The position numbers and the translations under genes were made by a program. DNA of 64,000 nucleotides, taken from the NCBI GenBank assembly GCA_951406725.2, contig OX597835.1, positions 248,001 to 312,000 of the forward strand, given 5' to 3'. Position 1 is the first letter of the stretch, and each line of letters opens with the position of its first letter. Below the pieces are notes generated by a model. It worked only from the letters and a program-made list of their open reading frames with translations, was not told where the DNA came from and searched no databases. The DNA is from Octopus vulgaris (taxonomy: Eukaryota). Below are positions 63,311 through 64,000 of this stretch, in pieces.

Positions 63311-64000
63311 CGAGGTTGTATCAAAAAGTTTCCCAACTAGTTCTGTAGCGTGCCAACAGATGGCAGCACACAGTTGTGAGCACAGTCAGAGCTAGCAGTG
63401 ACCACTATGAGGCAGTTTACTCTTTCAGGTAAAGAGTAAAATGGGTTTTTTTACGTTATTATGTCTTTTTCCAGTGGTCCTAGTGTTTATGTACCTTTAC
63501 CTCAATGAAAGTGAATTGGAATAACTGTGAGACAGGACATAAACTAGAAGAAGAAAGGTAAATAAGTTGTAAAATTTGCGATTTTATGATCATGTGGATG
63601 CTGTAGTCTGCAATTTTGTCAAGGACAGGAACAAAGAACCAACATGAAATTTTGCATTAAACTTGAGAAGTCTGCTACAAAGACATTGAGCATGCTTCGG
63701 CCTGGCAATGGGTCGTAGGCAATGTTTCGAGTGGTACAGGTGCTTCAAAAGCAGAAGAACTTCTCTGGAAGACAATAAACAACCTTGATGACCTGCCATG
63801 AGTGTCATCCCCGGAAATATGGTGTTGTACATTGAGAATTCATCCCCCAGGGTTAGGCCATCAATCAAGAGTTCCACTGCAATGATTTGAAGCATCTGAG
63901 GGGGGAGGGGATTCAGCAAAAGTAACTGGATCTGTGTTGCGCAAAGAATTGGATTCTTCATCAATCCCTCTCCGCTCTTGAGTTTCTCACCAAAAATACA
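63311..64000 (+). mobile_element. Second Tc1/mariner element, internally deleted, runs off the window; inserted at TA in a family-B SINE (63200-63310)
   Basis: ta|cgaggttgtatcaaaaagtt TIR-like start. HTH relic EQRTNMKFCIKLEKSATKTLSML...QCFEWYRCFKSRRTSLED; DDE relic GVVH.EFIPQG.AINQEF...NWILH. Confidence 0.75.

Overview
Eukaryotic, AT-rich (intronic or intergenic) DNA saturated with interspersed repeats and microsatellites. The SINE/MITE families look like those of octopus (coleoid cephalopod); this is pattern recognition, not a database hit. No intact host protein-coding exon can be supported, and nearly all ORF-track entries are microsatellite, SINE or satellite artefacts. Supported elements: a full-length decayed mariner with TIRs and TA TSD (1826-3060), a second truncated mariner (from 63311), RTE-like LINE fragments, two R4/Dong-like RLE retroelement 3' fragments, a U6 snRNA pseudogene, TTAA-flanked piggyBac-like MITEs, a Helentron-like fragment, and several tRNA-derived SINE families, often nested or in same-orientation chains joined by (ATT)n. 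Standout items: (1) a 5.5-kb satellite of 61 indel-free 90-bp units made only of a SINE's tRNA-like head, with variant domains and an incipient 180-bp dimer; (2) a unique ~75-bp segment near 18.65 kb packed with AGGTCA nuclear-receptor half-sites (DR3 plus perfect IR1) that also folds as a pre-miRNA-like hairpin; (3) a tRNA-headed SINE with a decayed hammerhead-ribozyme motif inside a doubly TSD-bounded nest; (4) a ~310-bp foldback inside a SINE microsatellite; (5) a TE-free CpG-rich island at ~40-41.9 kb that looks like a promoter or first exon.
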